From assembly GCA_003971905.1 (NCBI GenBank), contig RSEE01000172.1, positions 1 to 58,739 of the forward strand: a stretch of 58,739 nucleotides of DNA. Direction: 5' to 3'. The notes below the pieces were generated by a model, which worked only from the letters and a program-made list of their open reading frames with translations, made no database searches and had not been told where the DNA came from. Every line of letters begins with the position of its first letter. The stretch's first letter is position 1. The stretch comes from Moniliella sp. 'wahieum'. Its lineage: Eukaryota. Shown in pieces: positions 24,583 through 37,800 of this stretch. Both the position numbers and the translations under genes were made by a program.

Positions 24583-27199
24583 CGATGGGCTGGAGGCAAA
24601 CAGTAAACGTTAAACGGGGTGTGAATGCAAAAAAAGCCCCGAAACGGATACTGGTGACGCGCGGGACGTATCGTAATCCCCAGGCGGCCTCAGCGCCTCA
24701 GCAGGCCTCATCGGCTTATCGATCAAAAAATGATTAACTGACCATGTGATAACCTCGTGGTGGTACATGCTTGTCTATCGTTGTACCTTATGCATTACAC
24801 CACATGCATTTTTGGTGTGGAGCAAAGGCGACATGTCCGATTTCAGAAGCTCAGGCCTCCAACGAGAAGGGCTCGCATGCACTCACAGAGCGACAGTACG
24901 ATCAGTAGCATGTTTAACATTTAACGTTAACCACGTTTACGTTCCCGGCCGAAGTAAGTAATTGCGCACAGGCGTGTTGTGATCGTGATCTTTCACTGGT
25001 TGTGTTTTGGCAATCGTTTCTCAATGGCGTGCCTGTCCTACGCAGGGCGTCTATAGCTGCCGAGGCCTACGGGAGAGAAAGGAAGAATGAAGGGTCGTTG
25101 TCGCGGGGTTCTCATGTGCAGGCGACAGGCTGCAGTGTCAACGGGACAACACGCACCAGACGATGCATGAAGCTGTAAGCTTTAAGCTTCAATCCCAACA
25201 AGCGTCAAGCTTCAAGCCTTCTGGCGCAGCAGGGCGCAGCCAAGCCCTGCTGAGCCCCACAACCCCACCATAACGCGTAACGTGCCCTTCCTGTGGTCCG
25301 AACAGGGTGGGTGAGTGATCCAGGTGCACGTGACACGTGACGCATGATAATCGGTGATTCGATGATATGCAGGATGCTTTAGCACCAGCGGTGACCGGTG
25401 ACAGGGAACATGGGAAGGCGGGAGAGATCCCAGCGTGGGAGACAGACCCTTGCCTGGCAGTCCGCAGCAAAGCGCAGGCTATAGGCACCCGGGCTCCCCC
25501 GCCGGAGCAGGGCCGAGCGCAGCAAGGCGCAGCCTGCAGGGCACAAGCACCCAATCTATTTGTGTACAGGTGTACATACATCAACACATACACCATGGGC
25601 TGCACTCGTACGATTCGCCATAGGTACGAACGTGTGCTATTAATGAGTAGTTTTAACGTTTTTGGCTTTTGGCATTTAATATTTACGTTGTTAATAACGT
25701 TAATACGTTAATGCCATGCACATTCACGCAGTACGCCAGTGTGTGCCTGCGACTCGGAGAACCAAAGTCTCAGTATGTCTGACCGGTGCACCCCGTCCGA
25801 ACGCACACTGCCCGTCCGCCCAAGGGGGGATGCTGTTGGCTAAATTGGTTGTCTCACACCTCGGAGCAGACGCAGGAAGACGTTTTCGTGGCGCGGGAGG
25901 GAGAGGGTTACCGGTTACCGGTTATGCAGTACGTTGCACATGGATGATCGATTGGTACCAGCAATGCATGATGGATGTCGATGATTAATGATTAATGACT
26001 ATCGATTATCGATTAGTAGCTTGAAGCTGGAAGGGGAGCCGAAAGGGCACAGAACGTATGACATGTGACATGCATGACATGTGACATGTGACGTGCGACA
26101 TGCGACATGTGACATGGGACCGGGTGACCTGCTACCTGTCATGCCCTTGGCACTGACGCGTGACGCGTGACTGTCCATGGGCGCGTAGACTACAGGCGTC
26201 CAAAGTGTCCGAGTGCCTACAGTGCATAAGCACCAAGCGCCAAGCCCATCGTAAGAGTTAGAACCAGCATTTTTTCCCCAATCCTATGGGCTTCACGCGC
26301 GACGTGCGGTTTCCCCCGCATTGTAGGTTCTGACGCGTGACGACTGGAAAGAGCCAACAGCGCAGCTGTGGCGCTGAAACAGGAGTTGAGGCCCTTTCGA
26401 CTTTACTCGCACGCTCATCGAAATCAGCATTCATGGCGCTCATATGTGCTCAGCGCTCATATGTGCTCAGCGCTCATAGCGCTCATCCATAGTGTTTCTC
26501 TGGCCTCCGGCCTTTCAGCAGGCTCATCGTCTCATGCATACTTGTGTATATACTCTGTGGATACTATGATGCTTGCATGACAGTGTTGCCAAGCTGTCAG
26601 GAGGGTGTCTGGAGGAATAGGGGAACATGCTCTGTTGAACGTTGAACGTTGAACGTTGAACGTCGATGCATGATACTCACGAAGTCTTGCTTCCCAAAGG
26701 TACTATGAACCACGCGCACAAGAGAGTTAAAAAAAGGGCCCGACGTGTGGTATAGCACGGTTACGTTTAACCTCTTCCGCTTGAAGCTTCTTCGCCAGAT
26801 TGGCCCGATACTATCACCTCTTTCTTACTGAAAGAGGATAATGTAGGAGAAGTAAACAGGAAGGAGAAGCACACCAATGCCAAGCCGGTCGGACTCCATT
26901 ACTTCCCCTGCGAAAGTTACCACCTTTTTTAACGAATGATGGCTTGAGGAAATTACCGTGAGGGAAGCTCGCAGTCAGTCTCCTCTATATCGAGTCTTAT
27001 TTTCTCAATCAGCATACCTTTTCGAGATACTTCCATGCATGGCTTGGCGGTTTTTGATCCCTCTTTTCCAAAAGTTCTCTGCCTCGCTCCTCACTGAGAG
27101 ACTTACTCTGTTTTCCGTCTCTCTCCATGTCCTCTCTGCTCTAGTAGCTTCTCCTTCACGCAGGATTGCTCCACCCTCCACACTCGGGTCTCGACTCTG

Positions 27200-28760
27200 G
27201 TCCCATTAGCCTTCATGGCCTCTAGCGGCTGCGACATTATCGGTCGTCATAATATCATCAGACCAGAGACGTCTGCGACCCCCAGGCCCCTCGATCGGTG
27301 CACAACCTTAGCGCGCCGTACGCCAACACGCGTGTTTCGGGGCCCACTGCGACCCCTTCCAATCTTTTGTTCGACCTCCTGCCCAACTTTCCGTTCGACA
27401 CTAGCCGACGCTCCGTTCGATGACGATGGAAAGAGTGGTACCTCCCAACTAACATCTCTGTGACTCGCGCGGCGCTCCGTCCTTTTACTACTACCGCGCC
27501 CCTGCGGTTACTACGGGCCTGCCGCCGAGGTGGCGGGCTTGGGCCTTGCGGTCGCCCAGCGCCGGGTCGAAGAAGCCTGCAGAGCTGCCAGAACCTCATC
27601 AGAAGATCGGGTCTGCCTTGAGGCCTAGGAGGACCAGCACTGAGCGTTCCGAACGGATCAGGAGATCAAGCACCATAATCGTCGCCTCCGCTATAACAGA
27701 AGGAGAGGTGGATGAAAAGGCTTGGCTGACCACACCTTCGCAGATGACATCCAGAGTGGCATCCCGGTTGCTCTCGGCCGCCTCCGCCGTCACCGCGTCA
27801 CCACTTCTTATTATGGCGATCACATTACCGTCTCGTCCAAGACTATAGAGAGGATATCGAAAAAAATGTCGTCCCATTCTTTCTTCCTGTCGTCCGGCGA
27901 TAATTCCAGCTCAATAAGAACGGTCCCAGGAGCAAACAAGCGTCCTCACCTTTTTTGGAAATCTACGCAAGTGTGGCCCTCACATCCATCATATGGGCGA
28001 CGTGGCGTGGATTGACCACTTCATGGATTCTGTTGCAGAACGAGGTCTTCCCTTGAGTCCAACAGTTCGGCTCGGATTTGGCACTGCGCGGGTGAAGGCG
28101 CCAACCACGGCCACACGCCAGTGTTGACCTGGGTTTCTCTGTCATTCACTGGACGCGTACATCGCGGCCAAGCATCAGCTTCGCATCTCTCCTCCCGATC
28201 CCGAACCGGGGCCCATACATCTCAACTCAGCTATACCTTCTACGTCGAAGCGGCTCGACCCACACGAGCGTCCGTGTTCAAGATGAGGGCTTTTACTAGT
28301 CGGCTCCGCGAACACCTGCTTGCCAAGTACTCCGCCTTCACCTCGCCTCCTCGCCTATATTATCCCATCCCTGATGCTGTCTGAGTCGGCCGTGGTGTCC
28401 TACTACTCGTCGCCCCCCCTCGCCCCCCGGTCTTTCGCGGTACTCATCGTCAACATGCATCCTGGCTCCACCTTTCCGTCTCTGCAGTACCCCTCAGATC
28501 CTGGTCGCCGTCTTTTTGGTCAAGCTGGGGTCTAGCAGCGTTCGAATGGACCATGGCTTTGGCTTGGCTTGACAAATGCTGGCGTCGCTCTTTTGGTTGT
28601 GAGAGTGGTCAATGGGCGCAGCATGGCCTCGCGTCTGGTGGCCCAGCAGGCATTGGAGGCGTCCATCGCGGTCGGTTCCCAAGTCTCGGTATAGGGCTTT
28701 CTCCTCGTCTCCCTCCACCATCTCTTACATCATCCTCGGTTTCTCTTTTCTTGAAGACGT
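27200..28760 (+). mobile_element. Possible decayed tyrosine-recombinase retroelement (DIRS/Ngaro-like) remnant
   Basis: HTFADDI (RT-like) at about 27730. RRLFGQAGV...(G)HGF and GRF.S..Y at about 28505-28695 resemble YR box II (GHSFR...GRWxS..Y). Confidence 0.35.
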
Positions 28761-28964
28761 CAACCCCAGTACCGCCTATCCTTATAATGATAGTGCACGG
28801 CACCAGGCCCAACGTCCCAGGCTAGGTCTTTCTCGTGCCTGCTCCCCCCACCCCCCACCCCCCCCCCTTCCCTCCCTTCCTCCTCTCCGCCCCCCGGCTC
28901 GTGGTATGCATTCTTCCTTCCCAGTCTCTTCCTCCACGCTCGGGCCGCTCTTCCCTGCTTCTGC

Positions 28965-30325
28965 TGTGACGTGGGTGTCATCGCTTGCCTAGGCTGGTGC
29001 TATGTTGGCTCAGGGGTAAATAATTAGGCCAGTTCATACCATCATAGCCCGCGCTGCGCGCGCGCCCGCCTTTCCCGTCCTCCTTCTCTGCAATTGGTGT
29101 CCTGTTTCTCCACCCCAGCTCCGCTTTTCGCTTCACTGGCAACCTCGTCCCCGCTCACTGTGACCGATAGACTGGCCACCTCTTCTGTTGACTGCTCATC
29201 GGAGAGTGCCTGTTCCATGGCACAACAGGCTTTACGGGTGAAAACGTCCCTCTTTCGCTCCCCCCCCGCTCCCTCCGCTTTCTCCTTATCATGTCTTCCG
29301 CCTCCGTCAGGCTCCAGCGGGGGCCGGAGCAGTTCTCTGTCGTGATCTTACAGTAGCGCTGGTCCCGAACGCTCTCGCTGTCTCCTCCCCATCAACTGGA
29401 CCACGCTCGTCACCCAACTGATGGGCCACTTCGCAGCCATTGAACTCCCTCCTGACACCTCTTGGAAATCCTACTGGATCGTGCCCGGGTTCTCGGGTGC
29501 AATGCACCCGTTCCCACCGACCGGACTTCCCCCGCTAGGCGCCTGGATACGGAGAACTTGACCTGGATGTGGCTGAAGGGTTTCAAGCGGCTAATGCGGA
29601 CAGACCCTCAGTTGATTGAGACGTGGGCGCAAGCGGTTGACAAGGAAGGCGTCTCTCCGACCACCATTCACCTTACGGTCTGGGAGCACCATCTCATCCT
29701 TGGCACGGACCTTTGGGCGGCTATCGAACACCCAGAAGGTACCTGGTCGACGCTGCGGATAACGACGATCCTGCACCGGACCAACATCCTATAGCTGAGT
29801 CTCCTTGGAGGCAAAAACGAGTTTTTGGCTGACTTATGTGCATGGGATATGACTCTTCCCTATAGCGGAGGACGCTAAGGACTAGCCTTCGTCGCGCCTC
29901 TCATCTGGACAAGCAGTTCTCACACCCGGCCCTCCTCCTATTGCATCCCCTCTCGTCTTCACGTGGCGTTCCCTCTTCGTCCTCGAGGCTTTTCTAAACA
30001 AGCTTTCGCGGGGGGGCTGTGTTGGTGACGTGGGTGTGATAGCTTACCTATTAGTGGGCTGTGGCGCCATGGCTCAGGGGCACTAGGCCAGTTCATACCA
30101 TAGCTGGTGCCCCCTTTCCTGTCCTCTCCTTCTCCGTAATTGGCAGTGTTCTGTCCATCCACCATGCACCACCATCCGGCTCCTCGCTTCACTATAGTCA
30201 CTAATAGTCACTGGTAACCGGTAACCTCTTTCCCGCTCATGCCATGGCATATTTTGACTATAGCCCCCTCACCTGTAGACTGCTCGTCGGAGAGAGCCCT
30301 GTGATCCACGGCACGAAACGGCCCG
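28965..30325 (+). repeat. Diverged direct repeats of about 270-300 bp (28965-29231 and 30026-30323)
   Basis: Shared blocks gtgacgtgggtgt, ggctcagggg, taggccagttcataccat, tcgcttcact and gactgctc-tcggagag. Confidence 0.7.
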
Positions 30326-30951
30326 AATCGAGACAGCCTTTTCTCTCTGGAAGCTGGAGTAGTATTCTTCCAAATTCGAGAGGTGACAGGGAGGAAACCA
30401 ATGCTACAGTGGATTTGGCCTATTACCCCGCCGAACACGAGTTGGTCACCATCTCGTTAGTCGTCGCCGTCGCCGGCGGTCCCGCCTTCATGTTTCCCAC
30501 AGAGGGTTTAACGTACCCCAGTACTTCGAGCACCTCAGACGGTTCCCCTATGCTACCACTCTCTTTCCCCGGCGAAAAATTAGGGGCTACTCGCTCCTCG
30601 TCCATCCTACACTACCGACCCCTTTTGATAGTGTCCACGTCATCAATATCCATCGTGGCCTTGATATTGCTGATGTCAGAAACCTTATTTATTCTGACAT
30701 CCAGGATGTCAGCGCCATCTCGCCCCCCCCTTGCTATCCCTCGGGTCAAGGACGCGAGTGAGGTCAAATCTGTTATCGGCGATCACAACGACGTCAGTGC
30801 CATCAGTCTCCAAGCTTCAACGTTCAAAAGCAAAAGGCAATGGTCCCTGGATCTGCTCATGCAACCTCGATGGTGGCCGGTCAGAGGGCAGGCACACCTC
30901 GCATCGTTCTTTGGGCGAGGCGATGGCCCCGTGTTCCGCCGCTGTTCCGCC

Positions 30952-31095
30952 TGTTAGACTGTGATCCTGCAGCTGTTCTTATCCCGGCTCGATAGCGTAG
31001 TGGTAACGCATCCCTGGCCATAGGCGATGACATGGGTTCGAATCCATTCGAGCCTCTCTTTTCCTCACTGTTTCCCCGGGTTGTGCCCTCCCACA
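30952..31095 (+). mobile_element. Solo LTR (144 bp, TG...CA) containing a tRNA-like cloverleaf (30986-31054), TSD CCGCC
   Basis: CCGCC at 30947-30951 and 31096-31100. Acceptor stem GGCTCGA/TCGAGCC, D-arm GCGT/ACGC, B box GGTTCGAATCC, and TTTT just downstream. Confidence 0.85.
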
Positions 31096-31719
31096 CCGCC
31101 TCCTTGAATGTGTTTGCCGCGTATTCGCTGCTTCGCCACAGTTGACCAACGATGGGCCAGACATTTGTGCTCCATGCATCACACCACTACTTTTCTTTGC
31201 ATCTCGTCCAAGTAAGCGATCTATGGGCGACCGTGACGCGTGACGAGACCTGGAGTCCAGATGGTCCTCGAGGGTGATGCAATCGCACTGGTGGTGGTGG
31301 TCTATGCCAACCAGCAACGCCTACAGAGGAACATCAAGCAGTGAGTCGCCACCAGGGCTAAGCTGCGAACCAGGAAAAACAGGAGAGAAAGCAACGGAAC
31401 TCCCAGGCCTGAGGAGGAACTGAAGGGGCATTGGCCAAAGCACGAGCCACCTGATGGCTCAACAGACCGCTATGCGCCTCACTAGGAGACCACCGGGCCC
31501 ACTGTTGCCACGTGGCTGGCTAAGTCTTCTTCAGTTAGCTTACCTACTCAAAAGCTTTGTTTTCTTCTTGTAGCAACGCCTGTATTTGCCTTGCCTCCAC
31601 CTGTATCCCGCTCCCGCTTATATACTCGATACTCCTCTCTCTCTCCGCTGTATTCGCTGTCTGCATCGTAGAGACTGTTGTGTCTCGCTTACGTTCTGGC
31701 ATACTTGCGTCGCTACACC

Positions 31720-31870
31720 ACGGCCCGGTTTGCTGAGGCTTCGCCCCAGCCTGTTGGGCTGGGTCACCGTCGCCACCGTAGCCACCGTTCCCCCTAGAGA
31801 TACGCGCTGGCTGGGTTGACTGGAACGTGGCACACGTCAGCTGATGTAAAAGTGTACAGGGGCGTTCCCA
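31720..31870 (-). mobile_element. Diverged partial copy of the 4141-4631 Helitron-like element
   Basis: The reverse complement shares cacttttac, tgccacgttcc, gggggaacggtggcta-ggtggcgacg, gctggggcgaagcc-cagc and accgggccgt with 4160-4613. Confidence 0.7.
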
Positions 31871-31951
31871 TTTCCCATTTTTTCACCGGCCTCACGTAGT
31901 TCGAAGAGTACTAGAGTACTGGTAGAGCTAGTGACTAGTGACTAGCGGGTA

Positions 31952-32061
31952 GTGAAGCTTGAAGCTTGAAGAGTGTGAAGCGAAGCTTGAAGAGCTAGTG
32001 AAGCGAAGCTTGAAGAGCTAGTGAAGCGAAGCTTGAAGAGCTAGTGAGGCGAAGCTTGAAG
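31952..32061 (+). repeat. Minisatellite, 23-bp unit gtgaagcgaagcttgaagagcta x about 4
   Basis: Read directly from the sequence. Confidence 0.9.
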
Positions 32062-32429
32062 GATTATCGATTGGCATGAGATCCGAGATCGCAGTAGGTG
32101 ATCAGTCGATGGCGCCGCAAGCAGCAGGGCTGTACTGGTGCTGAGTGTAAGGTGAATCCCACGGCATCACAATATGGTGGGCGTGAGTAAAAAGGTCCAT
32201 CGATCATCGGCCTGAGCAAAGGAGCAACTCAAATAACGCAGGTGGCCCAGACCGCGTACCGGAAGGTGTTGGTACATGAGAGCACTGTGACGCCTTTAAA
32301 GCTCTGACAATGATAGGGATGCAGTATAGAGATAACTCCACTCTCTCCCTCTCAGTGGCATGGTTCGGCGTAATCGGTAATTTGATGTCCTCGACAAAAG
32401 TGCAGCACGGTGCTGTGCCACCATAATCG

Positions 32430-33350
32430 CCAAATGGCGCCCCACAAGTATGGTAAAGGCGTAGCGCAAAAGCGCGAAACCTTCTTGGTCATTCCTTCCA
32501 ATATTCCTTCTTAGGGGGCAGGAGTATTCTTTACTCTGTATTTTTGACTCTGATACGAGGCGCTGCGGTGTCTCCGATGCAGGGCCCCTCATGTCATAGG
32601 CATCTCTTATGAGCGGTCCTCAGTCTCTACATAGGCTAGCGAGAGAGCTTATCTATCCATGCAGCTGGCATCCTTCGCAGCCCGCTCAATATATGGGCGC
32701 ATGGGTACGATGCTTTGTTCCCATTGCGCCCCACATCGGCAGAACCCTTTGTCTGCGGCCCCCAACGGACGCGGACTGACAGAACAGACTGCGCTTTATG
32801 CCTTACTATTGTAGCTCTCTCTGCTGGCTATGTAGAGGACTGAGTACTGACGTATTGGAAGAGATGCCTACGAAATGCGGGCTCTGCGTCAGGAAGAGAT
32901 ACCGCAGTACCGTAACATCTCTGTGACATGCGCTCATGTGCAAAATGCAATACACCGTCAACTGACTGCTCTCTGGTCTTCACATCATTCCTCAGCCCAC
33001 CGGACACGGTGCCGTGCGCTAGTATGTCCGTCGAAGCGGAGGGTGTGCACTACACAGTGCAAACACTTGCGCTATCTATATCTAACAGTTGGAGCACGGT
33101 TCCATGTGGCGTATACTAGGCCAAGTGCCAGTCGCCAAGTGGATGGCGCCACAGTAGGTAAAGGCGCAGGCTAAGGGACCTTCCTTATCATTCCTTCCAA
33201 ACTTCCTGGAGGGCAGGAGTATATTCTCTAGCCTCACTGTAGCTCTCATGTGCAAATGTTGTAGTACTAGTATCAGTTATTAAGGGCGAGGCTAGCTCTT
33301 ATTCATCCCACCCCTGAACGCTTTCGGACCCCGCAAGTCTCTCGATATGG
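32430..33350 (+). repeat. Diverged local duplication (about 32432-32540 versus 33141-33235, with further weaker blocks)
   Basis: Shared atggcgcc, ggtaaaggcg, tcattccttccaa and gggcaggagtat. Confidence 0.65.
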
Positions 33351-34833
33351 CTCCCATCAGACCCGATGTGGATATTTTGATGACAGCCTGGCCTAGCGAG
33401 GCAACCAGACTGCATCCAGGACCAACAGGACGACATCCGCGCACCCTCGGCCATACGTTTGTTCACCCCAAGCCGACTTCCAAGCCGGGGTCAGCCGCTT
33501 GTTGGAGAGCATGACGTGCCCGACACCCCATGTGGAGGGCCATGATCCGACTCCAAGATCAGGTCGCAGACGTCCGCGAAGCCCTAAGTGGAGTAAAAAC
33601 GAAATGCAACATGAACTCCATGAAGCCCAAAATGGAAAGTTCTTCATGAGATCATGACACGGACGGCCACGTCGCGCAGGCCACTACGAGCCAGGATGAA
33701 GACGCAGAAAAGCGGACTCGAGATGCTGTTGGCCAAGTCCGCCCTATATCTGTATGCCTCCATTTTTCATCTTCAGATGATTAATTTTAAGGCTGACCAC
33801 AGCATCTTTTCCGTTTAACCGCATTTTGGTTTTGCAGCGCAAGTACATTAAACAGCTAGTCATGTGTTGCATGAAGGCGCCTTGGGAAGCGTCTCATCTA
33901 GAAGGCTCCTGTGCGGTATGTATCTATCTTGGATCGCTCGAGACCGAGCTTTCTCTGTGACAAAAATGGTTTGGTTGAGCAGGAATGGGCCAAACTCACG
34001 TTGCCGAACCCAGGCCTCCTGGCACCGTTATCGATGTTGCAACTGTGATGATAAAGGGTGCCTAGGCAAAAGAGTATGGGCAAGAATAACGCGAGCCATA
34101 GCGGTCATCCGCTATGAGATCCTAACTAATGTGCGTATCTTCATTTGGTTCCTTTCCCCTTCACGGTACGTTCTGAACGCTTCTGCCCGAATCCACTTGC
34201 AGGTGGAGACGCACCACTGAGAGTAAGTAAGGCACCGTGGGCCCACATCGGATGCTTTCAGTGTCGCCTCATTTCAAAAGAAGGTTGTCAAACATAACCT
34301 GGGAGACTATGGCCGCAACCTCAACCGCGTGGAGGGCAGCAAGCTTGCGATGCGCATTCGCATCCTCCTTTATTTCTGCCTCGATTTGCTGAATATACGA
34401 CCAGGTGGAGAAGCTGTCGAACGGACTTTGAAACCAGCTGGGGCATTTCGCTGGATGCCATCCCTGACTCTGATGCAACGGTACCCGCTGAGGCAGCGGC
34501 TGTGATGCTAACCTTTCGAACACATGTGGCGACCGGGCCCGATATGCAATACCAATCTATCCAAATACCACAGATCTCCTTTTTTTGGTTTAATTATAGG
34601 ATTAGCCATTATTATTGGATAGTCCCCCATTGGCAAGAAACGTGTACGCAACAGGAGCAGTCATAGTCCTCGATGTCGACAGTGTCATCGGGAGACATTG
34701 ATGTCGGGGTACCCGGGGACATCTATGCCATCGTTGGAGACCTATTACCCCTATGGTATCACCCACGTCAATGACACCCCCGACGTCTAAGCCCCCTCCG
34801 ACGTCTAAGACACTCACGACGTCTAAGGCACTG

Positions 34834-37800
34834 ATAGCTAATCGAAATTTCCGGTTACAAGGTTGTCCGGACCTTGCCGCAAGATATTAACTCACGTTTT
34901 CGCCGACTATATCACCAGTGTTGCCACAATCTCGCGACAAGGGACGCTGGCGGCAAGATCGTCGCAAGGCCGAGACAATCTGCCCTGCAGATTGCTCCCA
35001 GGTTACCTCCAGCTATCCACCAGGTATCCCCCATCTATCCATCAGATATCCCCCATCTATCTACCAGATATCCCCCATCTATCCACCAGGGATCCGCGGA
35101 CGGGTCGCAAGCTTGCTGACAGGCTGGTGGCAAGGGTGGTGGATAGTCTGCCACATACTGCCAGATCAGGCAGTAGATTACTTTTCAAAGCATGCATTGC
35201 CAGGGTTAGACACGGAAAGGAGTAGAGAGGTGCGCCAAGGCAATGGCAGATTGTGATAGGAGCCTCAGGCCGGCAGCAGCCAGAGACATCGCCTTCTTCG
35301 CTGAATCACGAAGGGAAAATATCATGGGACCACCGAGATGAAAAGGGACCGAAGGGCAAAAATCAAGATCCAAGGGCCAGGTCGCACGGGCGGGTGAAGC
35401 GTCATCGCGGTCGAGAAGAGAGAATGATGAGCCAGGCGACGGTGGACGATCTGTGCAAGCCTGCACATGTTCCGTGTTCGTTGTTGCAGCACTTGAGCTT
35501 CATCTCCAGTCATCTAGTCATCCTGCTCAAAGGCGTTATCAGCGAGTGCGTGGACAAGGACAAAACACAGGTACTGACCGTCGAGCCCCAGCGGAGGCAG
35601 CCGTCACCGTCGACCGTCGGCTCGAAGCGCCCTTGTCGTTGATGTTCAACTCGCTGTTGGGAGGCATGACCGATATCTTGACGCGAAGGATACCAGACAA
35701 TACCATACCACCAGGCGTGGTCGACTCTTCCGTCAGCTGCGCACAGATGAGTCAGTACGGCAGGCATCCGCCTGGAGGGCGTGGACATACCGAGGCCAGG
35801 CGCTAGCACAGCAAGCGCGGCGGCGGGGGGGCATATTATGGCAGCGCAACGAGCCGGACACATGTCGCCAGCTCCGGTAGCACAGTGTGTGGCCAGCGAG
35901 AGAGGGGCGGTGGCGGTGGTGGTGGTAGTCGAGAGGCAAGAGCATCGGCGCAGCTGCGTGCGGTTATGGCGCATCCACCGGTGGTCCACCCGCATGGCGC
36001 CAGTGTTGCCCCCCCCCCCCCCACGCCACCGCCAATAGCTCACGGCACCCCCCTGCAGCCTGGCCGTTTAATATAGATCTTCTTTACGTTGTGCACTTGA
36101 GATAGTCGTGACAGCAGCTATATACAGCACGATACTCCAGTCCAACTGTCTCGTTGCGAGAGAAAGCCACATTCGCACAAGTCGCGGGCAAGAGCGAAGG
36201 GAAATTGTCTCTTCACTCGCTCAACAAAACTAAGGCAATCGAGAAGGTGCACCATACAGCCTCGTGTGCATCGGAGCAGTTTGTCACATCAGGAGACGAT
36301 ATGATGTACACTGTGTCCTTCGGTCGACCGCATTTTCCAGCTCATACAGTCCTCGAACCCGTCCAGCCGCTCCAAGATGCCACAGTATCCCAAGCCCTGC
36401 ATGGTCGCCCAAGGCGATGGTCCAGGTCCTCAGGGACGGGTTCATTGTGAAGAGCCACACAAGGGAGGATGGGATCTGATCGGCACAAGTGACTCAGCCG
36501 ATGGTCAATAAGCATCCACGCGATCTGGCTATTCACATGTACCTTGCAGAACCTGTTCACCTGCTCGGTATTACCGCGCCTGTCTTTCCCGTCTTGTGGC
36601 AACACGACGCCGACAGCGAAGACTCGTGGCATGGGATCGGGATCGACCTGGCCCAGGACGAAGAGATGACCAAACTGCTGAAGTTCCCAGGCAAGAGGAC
36701 ACGACCCTTTAAGCTTTTACAGGTGGACACAACCAAAAAGCTGCGCCTCTGCGACGACTATACCGTCAGTCAATCTTCCTGCTGTTTTTCTCTACGTGAA
36801 GTTCTTGACCGATTTACTGACTTGCATGCTTGGCTTTACGACACAACAGGGACGTGGGACGGGGAGGAAGTGGAGAAGGGCGTCAACCCCCTCCGATCCA
36901 AGTCCCGTGGCCGAGACATGGTCCGTCTCCCGCTGGCGGGATGGACCGATGGTTTTGCAGACAATGTGTCCAATCGGCCAAGCTCTCTTAACAGCCTGCT
37001 TCTGGGCAACATGCACATGACACGGGTCGGGTCCAGATGGGCAAAGAACCTTTCCTTGTTTGCATCAGAAACAGCAAAGTCTCTCCTCCCGTTGTACGAT
37101 GAGCAGCTGGTCAAACAGCTGGAGTGAGTATCACTGCCTAGGCCAAGTTGCCTATGAAGCCGCCGTGATTCCTGTGGGGAAGGGCAGCATGCTAATGCCT
37201 TTTTCGAAATTGGAGACAGTATCACGAAGAGCTCATTCCTGTCTGGGATTCCAATACCGAGGGATGGATCCTTGTACAGCCTGTGCTGCGGATAATGAAG
37301 GGCGACAACGTGGCCGCCAACGAGATGGCTTCAATTATGGGCATGACTGCCCACGTGTGCTGCCGATTTTTGCGACTGTGGACGGCAACGGGCGAATACA
37401 TTGGCGGAGAACGTGGGTTTCGTATACGAGGCTCTAGTACTGTGTTGAGTGTGCATCAAGACGACTGACTAACTGGCGAACACATTAAGACGGAAGGGAA
37501 TCTACGTTCAAGCGTCGAAGCTTAGTAGGCGTGAAGTCGATCACCAACTCGACATGGTCGTCCAGAACGACGGTCGTGTCGACGACCGAGCGAGCCAGAC
37601 GGGAGTGAACGATAAGTATATGAAGGACGCCTCCTTCCTCCCATTCAAGTACCGCAAGGACCTGGAGGACTCGGCAGGGGCGATTACCGGCAAAAAGCAA
37701 AAGAGGCCACTCCCCGATTTCGTCTCCGAGGTTCGTGAGCTGCTGGATGAGTTTCAAGAAAGGTGGTTACGTGTTCAACCCCCTTTTGACGGTCTACGAG

